Origin: Bacteroidia bacterium
GTDB taxonomy: Bacteria; Bacteroidota; Bacteroidia; AKYH767-A; OLB10
Direction of reading: 5' to 3'
Assembly (NCBI GenBank): GCA_044448905.1
Contig: JBIOHJ010000001.1
Location: forward strand, 1-61,282
Length of the DNA: 61,282 nt
Below the pieces are notes generated by a model, which was not told the DNA's origin, ran no database searches, and saw only the letters and a program-made list of their open reading frames with translations. Shown one piece after another: positions 1 to 7,511 of this stretch. Each line of letters begins with the position of its first letter. Within the stretch, counting starts at the first letter, position 1. A program made the position numbers and the translations under genes.

Positions 1-15
1 AGTGGGTTTATAGTT

Positions 16-804
16 TTACAAACATCCTGTTCTTCCTCCATCCACAGGAAGATTAATTCCGCTGATATATCCTGAGGCAGGTGATGCAAGAAAAGCAACG
101 GCATTGGCAATTTCTTCGGCTTCGCCAAAACGACCGGCAGGAATTTCATTCATCATTTCACGGGCAATATCGTTAAATGATTTTCCGGCTTTGCGTGATT
201 TGTCTTCAATAAGCTGAGTGAGACGTGTTGTGTTTGTTGCTCCCGGCAAAATATTATTTACAGTAATTCCGAATTGCCCTACCTCGCCTGCTAATGTTTT
301 CGACCAGTTAGCCACAGCAGCGCGAACTGTATTTGATACGCCCAATCCTTTTATCGGTTGTTTTACCGAAGTGGAAATTATATTAATGATACGTCCGTAA
401 TGTGCCGATTTCATTCCTTCCATGCATGCCTGCGCAAGAATATGATTGCAAAGCAGGTGAATATTAAAGGCTTCAGTAAATTCATTTGCCTGTGCTGATG
501 TAACGGGCCCTGATTTTGGCCCACCGGTATTGTTTACCAGTATATGCACCTGATTTTTTTCGTGAATATATTTTTCAACCTTTTCTTTCACCTCATCGGG
601 ATTATTAAAATCGGCACAAATGAAATCGTGCTTCTGGCTTCCGTCATTATACAATTCCTGCACAACCTGCAACAACATTTTTTCATCACGGGCAAGTAAC
701 GTAATATCGGCACCCATCACGGCAAGCTGCTTTGCTACGGCTCTGCCTATTCCCTGTGTGCTGCCGCAAACCAATGCCCGCTTATCCTGTAAATCGAGAT
801 TCAT
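16..804 (-). CDS. SDR-family oxidoreductase (FabG-like short-chain dehydrogenase)
   Basis: 262-aa ORF. Rossmann glycine motif GSTQGIGRAV and NNTGG motif. The usual YxxxK position reads SNTVR, so the active site is atypical. Confidence 0.8.
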   Translation of the reverse strand: MNLDLQDKRALVCGSTQGIGRAVAKQLAVMGADITLLARDEKMLLQVVQELYNDGSQKHDFICADFNNPDEVKEKVEKYIHEKNQVHILVNNTGGPKSGPVTSAQANEFTEAFNIHLLCNHILAQACMEGMKSAHYGRIINIISTSVKQPIKGLGVSNTVRAAVANWSKTLAGEVGQFGITVNNILPGATNTTRLTQLIEDKSRKAGKSFNDIAREMMNEIPAGRFGEAEEIANAVAFLASPASGYISGINLPVDGGRTGCL

Positions 805-883
805 TTAAAATTTGGTGATTTAATGATTCTAAATTATGTGTAATTTTACTCAATCAATAAAGAAAGCAAAACTAAAATTAAAA

Positions 884-1168
884 ATGGAACAATTAATAAA
901 AGATGTGAGCGCCAAAGCAGGCATCACTCCCGAACAGGCAAAAATTGCCATTACTGCAGTTTCCGATTCATTGAAATCAAAAATGCCTCATGTATTTCAT
1001 AAGCAAATTGACACTCTGATAAATGGAGGAAAATTAAGCGATGGAATGAAAACTAAAATGGAAGACCTGAAAGATGATTTGGAAGATGCCGCAAAAAATT
1101 TTGGTAAGAAGGCAGAAGAATTTGCGAGCGATGTAAAAAAGAAAGTAGATGAAATGTTTAAAAAATAA
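884..1168 (+). CDS. small hypothetical Lys/Glu-rich protein
   Basis: ORF 836-1168. First plausible ATG is at 884 (MEQLIKDV...). Stop lies 5 nt before the next same-strand gene. Confidence 0.5.
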   Translation: MEQLIKDVSAKAGITPEQAKIAITAVSDSLKSKMPHVFHKQIDTLINGGKLSDGMKTKMEDLKDDLEDAAKNFGKKAEEFASDVKKKVDEMFKK

Positions 1169-1173
1169 TAACT

Positions 1174-1701
1174 ATGCCAGTAGCACAACCTTTTAATCTC
1201 CAAAAATGGATTGACGAAAACCGTCATTTACTGAAACCGCCAGTCGGAAACCAACAATTATTTAAAATCAGTGAAGATTATATTGTAATGGTAGTGGGTG
1301 GCCCCAATGCCCGCAAGGATTATCATTTTGAAGATGGCGAGGAACTGTTTTACCAGCTCGAAGGTGACATCACTGTAAAAATACAGCAGGATGGAAAGCC
1401 TCTTGATGTAAAAATAAAAGAAGGTGAAATGTTTTTACTCCCTCCTCATATTTATCACTGTCCGCAGCGGCCGGCAAATACTATCGGGTTGGTTATTGAA
1501 CGTGTCCGTGAGGAAGCGGAAACGGATTCGTGCACCTGGTTTTGTGAAAACTGCAATAACAAATTGCACCAGGAAGTTTTTTCTATGAAGGATATTGTTA
1601 ACCAGCTTCCGCAGATATTGAATAAATTTTATGCAACTCCCGAATTACATACCTGCAAAAAATGCGGGACGGTAATGCAGCCTCCGGGGAAACCGCAATA
1701 A
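1174..1701 (+). CDS. nbaC: 3-hydroxyanthranilate 3,4-dioxygenase
   Basis: 175-aa cupin with HFEDGEELFYQLEGD and PPHIYHCPQRP regions. C-terminal CENC...CKKC rubredoxin-like site is typical of bacterial HAO. Confidence 0.9.
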   Translation: MPVAQPFNLQKWIDENRHLLKPPVGNQQLFKISEDYIVMVVGGPNARKDYHFEDGEELFYQLEGDITVKIQQDGKPLDVKIKEGEMFLLPPHIYHCPQRPANTIGLVIERVREEAETDSCTWFCENCNNKLHQEVFSMKDIVNQLPQILNKFYATPELHTCKKCGTVMQPPGKPQ

Positions 1702-1716
1702 AATTATTTTGGCTTT

Positions 1717-2832
1717 CTATTTATCCTGCCATCCGTAAAAATCCTGCATGTACTTAAGCGTGTGCTTTAATGCATATGAAGGGCTTGAGCTCGCGTTCTT
1801 TATCAGCTTATTCTTATCAGGTCCATAGAATATTTCCTTTGTTTGGAGATCCTTCAGAACGTAATGCATTAAATATATCGGCCTGGTTTCTCTCTTGCCA
1901 TCTTCAAATTTCACTTTTTGAGCCATTTCACCTTTAGCGAACAGTAAATATTTATAATCCTTATTCAGATGTTCGGGTAAATCCTTCTGCTCTATAACTT
2001 TATATTTGTATGGATAATATTTTTGCAAATTTTTAAGAGTTTGTTTGTAATACATATCGTCTTTCTTACTGTAAGTCAAAACAAGCACTTCGGCCTCTTT
2101 CAGCCCTTTTTCATCAGGATATTTTTCGACTACTGCGCTTTCCGTTAATAGCTTTTCGTACATTTCATTATTAAACTCTGAATTCGAGAAAATCTCCTCG
2201 TCTATATCCATATATTTAATAAAGTAGGAAGGCCCTTTGTCCGCAATCATTTTTTTCAGGTCCTTAAACATCTCTGCTACAGACATGCTCATCTTAAACA
2301 GTAAAAACATATTGCTTACATCTGTGTCACCCAATTTGGAAATCATAAGTGTAACCGGCTTCACATCATCCAGCTCCAGCTTATTTTTTTCAAAAGCTTT
2401 CTTTTCCTTATCCCAATCGCTCAGGGCAATATTGACCACAAAACCAGGCTTTATATCAAGATATTGGTCCTGCAAATTTTTCATAAACTCTGCATTTTGA
2501 ACATCCTTGTTACTTAAGCTGACAAAAGCGGCCGGATTCATATTCATTGACGCAAATTCGTTTTTCATCATAACTGTAAGAGCTTTGAATAAACCCTCAT
2601 CAAGATTCGGATAATCTTCCGGAACAATTTTTTTCATGTGATTTATCTGGAAGACATCAAGAACAGATACTCCGGGCTGGGTTTTCATCTTACTAGATGG
2701 TGTTGTAATCTGAACTATAAAATTGCTGTTTTCGGCAAGGAGGTAATTTGGAATTTCTTTTGAGGGTTTTTGTCCGAATGAAATACCAAAACATATCAAT
2801 GCAATAAGCACCGATAAAATTATTTTTTTCAT
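1717..2832 (-). CDS. hypothetical secreted protein
   Basis: 371-aa ORF with N-terminal signal peptide MKKIILSVLIALICFGISFGQ. No recognisable catalytic motif. Confidence 0.6.
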   Translation of the reverse strand: MKKIILSVLIALICFGISFGQKPSKEIPNYLLAENSNFIVQITTPSSKMKTQPGVSVLDVFQINHMKKIVPEDYPNLDEGLFKALTVMMKNEFASMNMNPAAFVSLSNKDVQNAEFMKNLQDQYLDIKPGFVVNIALSDWDKEKKAFEKNKLELDDVKPVTLMISKLGDTDVSNMFLLFKMSMSVAEMFKDLKKMIADKGPSYFIKYMDIDEEIFSNSEFNNEMYEKLLTESAVVEKYPDEKGLKEAEVLVLTYSKKDDMYYKQTLKNLQKYYPYKYKVIEQKDLPEHLNKDYKYLLFAKGEMAQKVKFEDGKRETRPIYLMHYVLKDLQTKEIFYGPDKNKLIKNASSSPSYALKHTLKYMQDFYGWQDK

Positions 2833-2930
2833 AAGTTTTAAGTTTAGGAGTAGTTTTAGTTTGGGCGGCTAAAGTATAATTTAATTTTTAATCAGGTTGA
2901 TACGAAACCTTTTAACTTTATTTTTGTTTG

Positions 2931-2985
2931 CTGAAAAAAATGCGGAACGGTGATGCAACTTCCGGGGAAGGTGTAACTTTATTTT
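2931..2985 (+). pseudogene. relict second copy of the 3' end of the 3-hydroxyanthranilate dioxygenase gene
   Basis: 34 of the first 39 nt match 1653-1691, plus a shared TAAnnTTATTTT after the stop. Reads *KKCGTVMQLPGKV* versus CKKCGTVMQPPGKPQ*. Confidence 0.7.
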
Positions 2986-3004
2986 TTTTGTTGACAAATA
3001 ATGA

Positions 3005-3706
3005 ATGCATAAGCTACCACTTTGTTTTTGTTTATTCTTTTTAATTGTTTTTTCAAATCATTCTTTTTCTCAAGGCAATTTAAGTTCTAATTCTTCAAAG
3101 AAGTTAAATTTATCAGTTTACTTTACTCCGGCAATATTTTATCTTGAGCCCGGAATAGCGTTTCAGTACTTTATTAAAAACGATAATTGTTTTTACTTTA
3201 ACTACGGCTATCAGATTGTATCGTACAACATTAATAATACTGGGAAACATGATTTATGGGGTATCACAATCGAACCTGGGGAAGGCCATGGTCATATTTT
3301 CAAGCTGGGATATAAACTAAGAACGAACTTCCATCCTTTAAGAAATCCGAGGTATTTAGAATTCAGGATAAGCTATAAGGATTTGTATTTTCCACCGTAC
3401 TATCATAGCGATGACAGCCCGGGTTTAACATTGAGCTATTGGTACCGTCAATCAGAGAAAAGACAAGTGTATCTTTTAAATTTAGTATTTACATCAGAAA
3501 TTTTAAGCTCAAAATATTTTACAATTGATTTTACAAAGAGCCTTGGCATTGCATTTGCAAATTATGAATATACAAAATTTAGCAGCGGTCCTTCCTGGGA
3601 TATGGATTTAATCACGCTTTCGCCACCGGAAATAACAAAAGAAAACCTTATCCGTCCTTCTATCGGTATAGGTTTTACTTTAAACTTTAAAGTATATCAG
3701 AAATAA
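3005..3706 (+). CDS. hypothetical secreted / outer-membrane-like protein
   Basis: 233-aa ORF. Signal peptide MHKLPLCFCLFFLIVFSNHSFSQ. Aromatic-rich, alternating beta-strand-like composition. Confidence 0.5.
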   Translation: MHKLPLCFCLFFLIVFSNHSFSQGNLSSNSSKKLNLSVYFTPAIFYLEPGIAFQYFIKNDNCFYFNYGYQIVSYNINNTGKHDLWGITIEPGEGHGHIFKLGYKLRTNFHPLRNPRYLEFRISYKDLYFPPYYHSDDSPGLTLSYWYRQSEKRQVYLLNLVFTSEILSSKYFTIDFTKSLGIAFANYEYTKFSSGPSWDMDLITLSPPEITKENLIRPSIGIGFTLNFKVYQK

Positions 3707-3714
3707 TATCCTGC

Positions 3715-4401
3715 TCACCTCCCCACCACCACACTCACCTCATCGCTGGCAATTCCAACTTCAATATCATCTACCACATAAATACCTATATATTTCCACA
3801 AAGCAATCCTTTTTTCTTCGGGTAATTTATACTTGTCAATAAAAGTGGTTCGGGTTAAGCGCTTTAAAAATTTCATGCCGTTGCCATCATCGCGGTTCAC
3901 ATACAGGTTCATACCATGCGTATTGTATTTGTTATAGCTGATTTCAGGCCTCCCCAAATCGGGCTTAATTTTTAAAACTGCTTTCAGCGCAGCAAAATCC
4001 TTAACGAAATCAGCCCCGATAATACCTAAATCCTCACCTATGGCTTCGGTATAATGAATGCTTCCTTTCATACGCTGCACCATTCCGCTTATTATGCCGA
4101 AAATACCTGAAGGAACTGCTGCTGGCGCAGCCGGCAATGTAAGCACCGGTACATCACTTGCATTGCCTCCTGGCAAACCAAACATCAGCTCTTTCCGGAA
4201 AGCCGTCATGCTTTTGCTGAACGACCGCACCATTTCAATCGTATCCATTGCATGTTTCAGCATAGTATAGTAATCCTTAACTTCTTGGGCTTCGGTTGGC
4301 AAAATCATAAGAACACTTGCATACGTTCCGATTTTATCGCTGAAATTTTTCAGCCATGCGAGGCGCTTCTTATTGCTTTTCGGGAAATAATGTTTACGCA
4401 T
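3715..4401 (-). CDS. hypothetical protein (no signal peptide)
   Basis: 228-aa ORF with ATG start. Convergent with 3005-3706 (stops 8 nt apart). The tandem array lies upstream. Confidence 0.6.
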   Translation of the reverse strand: MRKHYFPKSNKKRLAWLKNFSDKIGTYASVLMILPTEAQEVKDYYTMLKHAMDTIEMVRSFSKSMTAFRKELMFGLPGGNASDVPVLTLPAAPAAVPSGIFGIISGMVQRMKGSIHYTEAIGEDLGIIGADFVKDFAALKAVLKIKPDLGRPEISYNKYNTHGMNLYVNRDDGNGMKFLKRLTRTTFIDKYKLPEEKRIALWKYIGIYVVDDIEVGIASDEVSVVVGR

Positions 4402-4409
4402 CGTTTTAA

Positions 4410-4417
4410 TAGTTTTG
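4410..4417 (+). promoter_or_regulatory. Bacteroidota-type -7 promoter box TAGTTTTG pointing into the repeat array
   Basis: Perfect match to TAnnTTTG on the + strand, just outside the start codon of the divergent gene 3715-4401. Confidence 0.45.
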
Positions 4418-4510
4418 ATTTACCCCATGAACGTTTAAAGGCATTAATTCATTGTATTTTCTCTTAAAAAAATGTTTTTTCGGGCTTACATCAATTGTTT
4501 TATTGAGCCA

Positions 4511-4770
4511 AGCAGATTTTTCAGTTACCGGATCATTTGCCCCTGTTGCAGGGGCAAGCTTTTCTATGACCGAATCATTTGCCTCTGTTATGGAGGCAAA
4601 CTTTTCTATAGCTGGATCATTTGCCTCTGTCATGGAGGCAAGCTTTTCTATGACTGAATCATTTGCCTCTGCTATCGGGGCAAGCTTTTTAATGACCGGA
4701 TCATTTGCCTCAATGGTAGGGGCAAGCTATCCGATGGTTCCATCATTTGCCTAGATAACAGAGGCAGATT
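4511..4770 (+). repeat. 42-bp tandem repeat, about 6 units, each with an internal hairpin
   Basis: ATCATTTGCC recurs at 4532, 4574, 4616, 4658, 4700 and 4742, an exact 42-nt period. Hairpin TTGCCCCTG-TTG-CAGGGGCAA in unit 1; TTGCCTC...GAGGCAA or GGGGCAA in later units. Confidence 0.95.
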
Positions 4771-4825
4771 ACGCATTGAGTGGATAGTCTGTTTTAGTGA
4801 TTGGAAAGTTCCCTAACTTGACTTT

Positions 4826-4927
4826 AAAATCTGATTCGGGGCTTGGGAAATCTGTTACCGTAACTGAAAAATCTTCACCGGGAACTAAAAAATATCCTCC
4901 ATGAATTCTTGGAAATTATCCGATACC
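4826..4927 (-). repeat. about 5 degenerate 21-bp units, in inverted orientation relative to the 42-bp array
   Basis: AAATCT-type motif starts at 4827, 4848 and 4869, with weaker copies near 4889 and 4913. The reverse complement shares TGATTCGG and CAGTTAC with the left units. 4860-4874 is a perfect inverted copy of 4514-4528. Confidence 0.6.
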
Positions 4928-4986
4928 TGCGCAACTAGGTTGATTGTTATTTAAATCCGGAATTCGAAATCCGCAGTCCGAAATTC

Positions 4987-6171
4987 TCACATATAATTCG
5001 GGTACCGCTTCACATGCACATTCTTCACCAGTTCTCCCAGGCGCCTTTTCAGTTCATCAATGTTTTCTTTTCGCACAGCCGAAATAAAAACACCCGGCTT
5101 GTTTTCTTTGGCAATCCACGATTTTTTCAAATCATCCAGCGAAAGATTTTCTTTGGTGTGCGGTGTTAAATCGTCATGCTCTTTTTCAGTGAAACGGTAG
5201 GCATCTATTTTATTGAATACTAAAATAGCTGGCTTATCAGACGCAGCAATATCAACTAACGTTTGGTTTACCACGTTAATCTGTTCTTCAAAATTAGGAT
5301 GCGATATATCCACCACATGCAAAAGAATATCGGCTTCGCGCACTTCATCCAAAGTGGACTTGAATGATTCGACTAAATCGTGCGGCAGCTTGCGTATAAA
5401 CCCAACCGTATCCGAAAGCAGGAACGGAATATTTTCCAAAACTACTTTTCTAACGGTGGTATCCAATGTTGCAAACAATTTATTTTCGGCAAACACATCG
5501 CTCTTGCTCAGCAAATTCATAATGGTACTCTTACCCACGTTAGTATATCCTACCAATGCAACACGCACAATATTCCCTCGGGACTTTCGCTGCTGGAAGT
5601 TTTGTTTCTCAATTTTTTTTAATTCTTCTTTAAGGTGAGCCAGCTTATCGCGTATAACCCTCCGGTCAGTTTCAATTTCAGTTTCACCCGGTCCGCGGGC
5701 GCCAATTCCACCGGCTTGTTTTTCCAGGTGCGTCCACATACCTGTAAGCCGGGGCATGAGGTACTTGTATTGCGCAAGCTCCACTTGTGTTTTGGCTGTT
5801 GCCGTACGTGCACGCTTTGCAAAAATGTCGAGGATAAGATTGGTGCGGTCAACCACCTTTATCCCAACCACTTTTTCAATATTTCGTATCTGCGAAGGCG
5901 ATAGTTCATCATCAAAAACAGCAAGGTCAATTTTATTTTCTTTGATGAACGCAGCAATTTCATTCAGCTTACCCGAACCTACAAACGTGCGAGGATCGGG
6001 ATGCTCTAATTTCTGGATAAATTGTTTTTTAGTTTCGGCTCCTGCTGTCAGCGTCAAAAATTCAAGTTCATCCAAATATTCCTTCGCCTGCTCCACCGGC
6101 TGGTCTTTTGTAATCAACGCGATGAGAACTGCGGTTTCCTGTTTTTTAGTATTGTGATGTGATTTCTGCAC
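4987..6171 (-). CDS. hflX: GTPase HflX
   Basis: 394 aa. G1 motif GYTNVGKST, DTVGF, NKID. HflX-type N-terminal domain. The annotated start is GTG, so the exact start is uncertain. Confidence 0.9.
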   Translation of the reverse strand: MQKSHHNTKKQETAVLIALITKDQPVEQAKEYLDELEFLTLTAGAETKKQFIQKLEHPDPRTFVGSGKLNEIAAFIKENKIDLAVFDDELSPSQIRNIEKVVGIKVVDRTNLILDIFAKRARTATAKTQVELAQYKYLMPRLTGMWTHLEKQAGGIGARGPGETEIETDRRVIRDKLAHLKEELKKIEKQNFQQRKSRGNIVRVALVGYTNVGKSTIMNLLSKSDVFAENKLFATLDTTVRKVVLENIPFLLSDTVGFIRKLPHDLVESFKSTLDEVREADILLHVVDISHPNFEEQINVVNQTLVDIAASDKPAILVFNKIDAYRFTEKEHDDLTPHTKENLSLDDLKKSWIAKENKPGVFISAVRKENIDELKRRLGELVKNVHVKRYPNYM

Positions 6172-6222
6172 GCGTTTGCCCGTTTAATGAAAAGTTTTCC
6201 GGATAGAAAATAAGTAGAGTTT

Positions 6223-6846
6223 TTATTTCTTCAACGATTCCACATAACCGGCAACAGCATTAATCTCAACTTCCGACAAAATATTTTTATACGGCATCAT
6301 CGCATTTTTACCGTTAGTAATGGCATCAATCTTTTCATCAAAAGTTTTTTCAGAAACCGTAAGGTCTTTCGCCCCGCTTAACTGTTGCTTGCCATCCATA
6401 CCATGGCAGGCAGTGCATTTACTTTCATAAATTGTTTTGCCCAGAACATCGGGATTTGCAGTGGCAAACTCATTCGTATTTACTTCGGGCTTAAAGGTAG
6501 GGCTTTTAGTTTCTGAAATTCCATACGAATACACCAGGAACATGATTGCAACCAACGCAAGCGATTTATTCATCCGTTTAAATGCAACGATGGCAAGCGG
6601 TATGGAAGTAAGCACGGCAATCATCTTTACCCAAAACCAGTTTCCTAAATTGCCCGAGTTCATGGCAAGATAAATTCCTGTTAAAAGAAAAAGCGTGCTG
6701 ATAATTATTTCCGGCACTTTCATTTTCCCGGAAAATTTTTCGAGCGATTCTTTTTTATCAAGCATCAGCAAGGTAGTCTTGATTAAATAAAGAACAAGAA
6801 ACAGCATCACAACAAGTGTATGCGTATGTAACATTCCGGTGTACAT
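6223..6846 (-). CDS. membrane-anchored c-type cytochrome
   Basis: 207 aa. About 4 predicted TM helices, then a class I cytochrome c domain with CTACH and a distal Met (NAMMPY). Confidence 0.75.
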   Translation of the reverse strand: MYTGMLHTHTLVVMLFLVLYLIKTTLLMLDKKESLEKFSGKMKVPEIIISTLFLLTGIYLAMNSGNLGNWFWVKMIAVLTSIPLAIVAFKRMNKSLALVAIMFLVYSYGISETKSPTFKPEVNTNEFATANPDVLGKTIYESKCTACHGMDGKQQLSGAKDLTVSEKTFDEKIDAITNGKNAMMPYKNILSEVEINAVAGYVESLKK

Positions 6847-6928
6847 GATGTTTTATTTTAGAGAAACAAAGGTACTATCTAAAACGAAATACAATAAAAT
6901 GCATATTTGCCTGCAGCAAACTACGCTA

Positions 6929-7420
6929 TCATGGTTCTGTTTTCTTAGCAACCAAATCCGGCTTCAATAATTTTGAAAAGGCAACAACAATGTCATAATC
7001 TTTCGATACCACAAAAAGTTCTTTTAGCTCGCGAATAGCAGCTTCAAGGTTTTCATCATCATTTATCTCAATCCGGGATTTAATCAAAATCAATTTTTCA
7101 AGAATTGCTCTGCTCTGGTCCTGCTTGTTAAGGTGCTCTTTGTATTCGCTTGTGCTCAGAATGTCCGGAATCTTATGATTAATTTCCGCTAATATTTTGC
7201 GGAATGCTGTTGATTTAATTCTTTTAAAACGCACTTTAGAAAAGCTTACGGGATCAAATCCTTTTGAAGTCCGGTGTATTTCGAACAATTTATCTATCAC
7301 TTCAAATTGCTCGGGTGTGTAATAGTCGCTTAATTTCTGTTTGATAAAATCAAGCACTTCTTTATCCTTAGGTAAATGAAGGATGTTATCATATTCAATG
7401 GAAGCCGCAAAGTTTGTCAT
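6929..7420 (-). CDS. hypothetical protein
   Basis: 163-aa ORF with an ATG start and no recognisable motif. Confidence 0.5.
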   Translation of the reverse strand: MTNFAASIEYDNILHLPKDKEVLDFIKQKLSDYYTPEQFEVIDKLFEIHRTSKGFDPVSFSKVRFKRIKSTAFRKILAEINHKIPDILSTSEYKEHLNKQDQSRAILEKLILIKSRIEINDDENLEAAIRELKELFVVSKDYDIVVAFSKLLKPDLVAKKTEP

Positions 7421-7511
7421 GAGAGTTTTCTCACATTATAATGTTGGCAGGGAGCGTAAAAATTTATGGCAATAAAATTATTACTTTCGCTGCCCTTGCT
7501 TTACGACAGCT

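Noticed and set aside
1717-2832. Calling the DR-flanked single-gene segments (1702-2930 and 43687-45192) mobile elements
   Set aside because: No transposase, integrase or terminal inverted repeats are present. Only the flanking direct repeats are visible, so they are reported as observations rather than annotated as mobile elements.
4406-4657. ORFs 4406-4633 (-) and 4472-4657 (+) running through the 42-bp array as protein genes
   Set aside because: Both frames are open only because the repeat is a multiple of 3. The + ATG frame is cut by a stop created by a single C-to-T change in unit 4, and the - frame is closed by a stop at 4727-4729. Neither covers the array consistently.
4511-4770. CRISPR array interpretation of the 42-bp periodic region
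   Set aside because: The whole 42-nt period is conserved, so there are no unique spacers between repeats. There is no leader/cas context, and no cas genes occur anywhere in the window.
5213-6157. Long antisense ORFs inside hflX. Similar shadow ORFs occur at 9878-10252, 21499-21840, 28487-28900, 40772-41365, 41660-42082, 52684-53395 and 59547-59978.
   Set aside because: They lie entirely within, and opposite to, ORFs with strong family signatures. They have low-complexity or odd composition and no motifs, which is typical of shadow ORFs.
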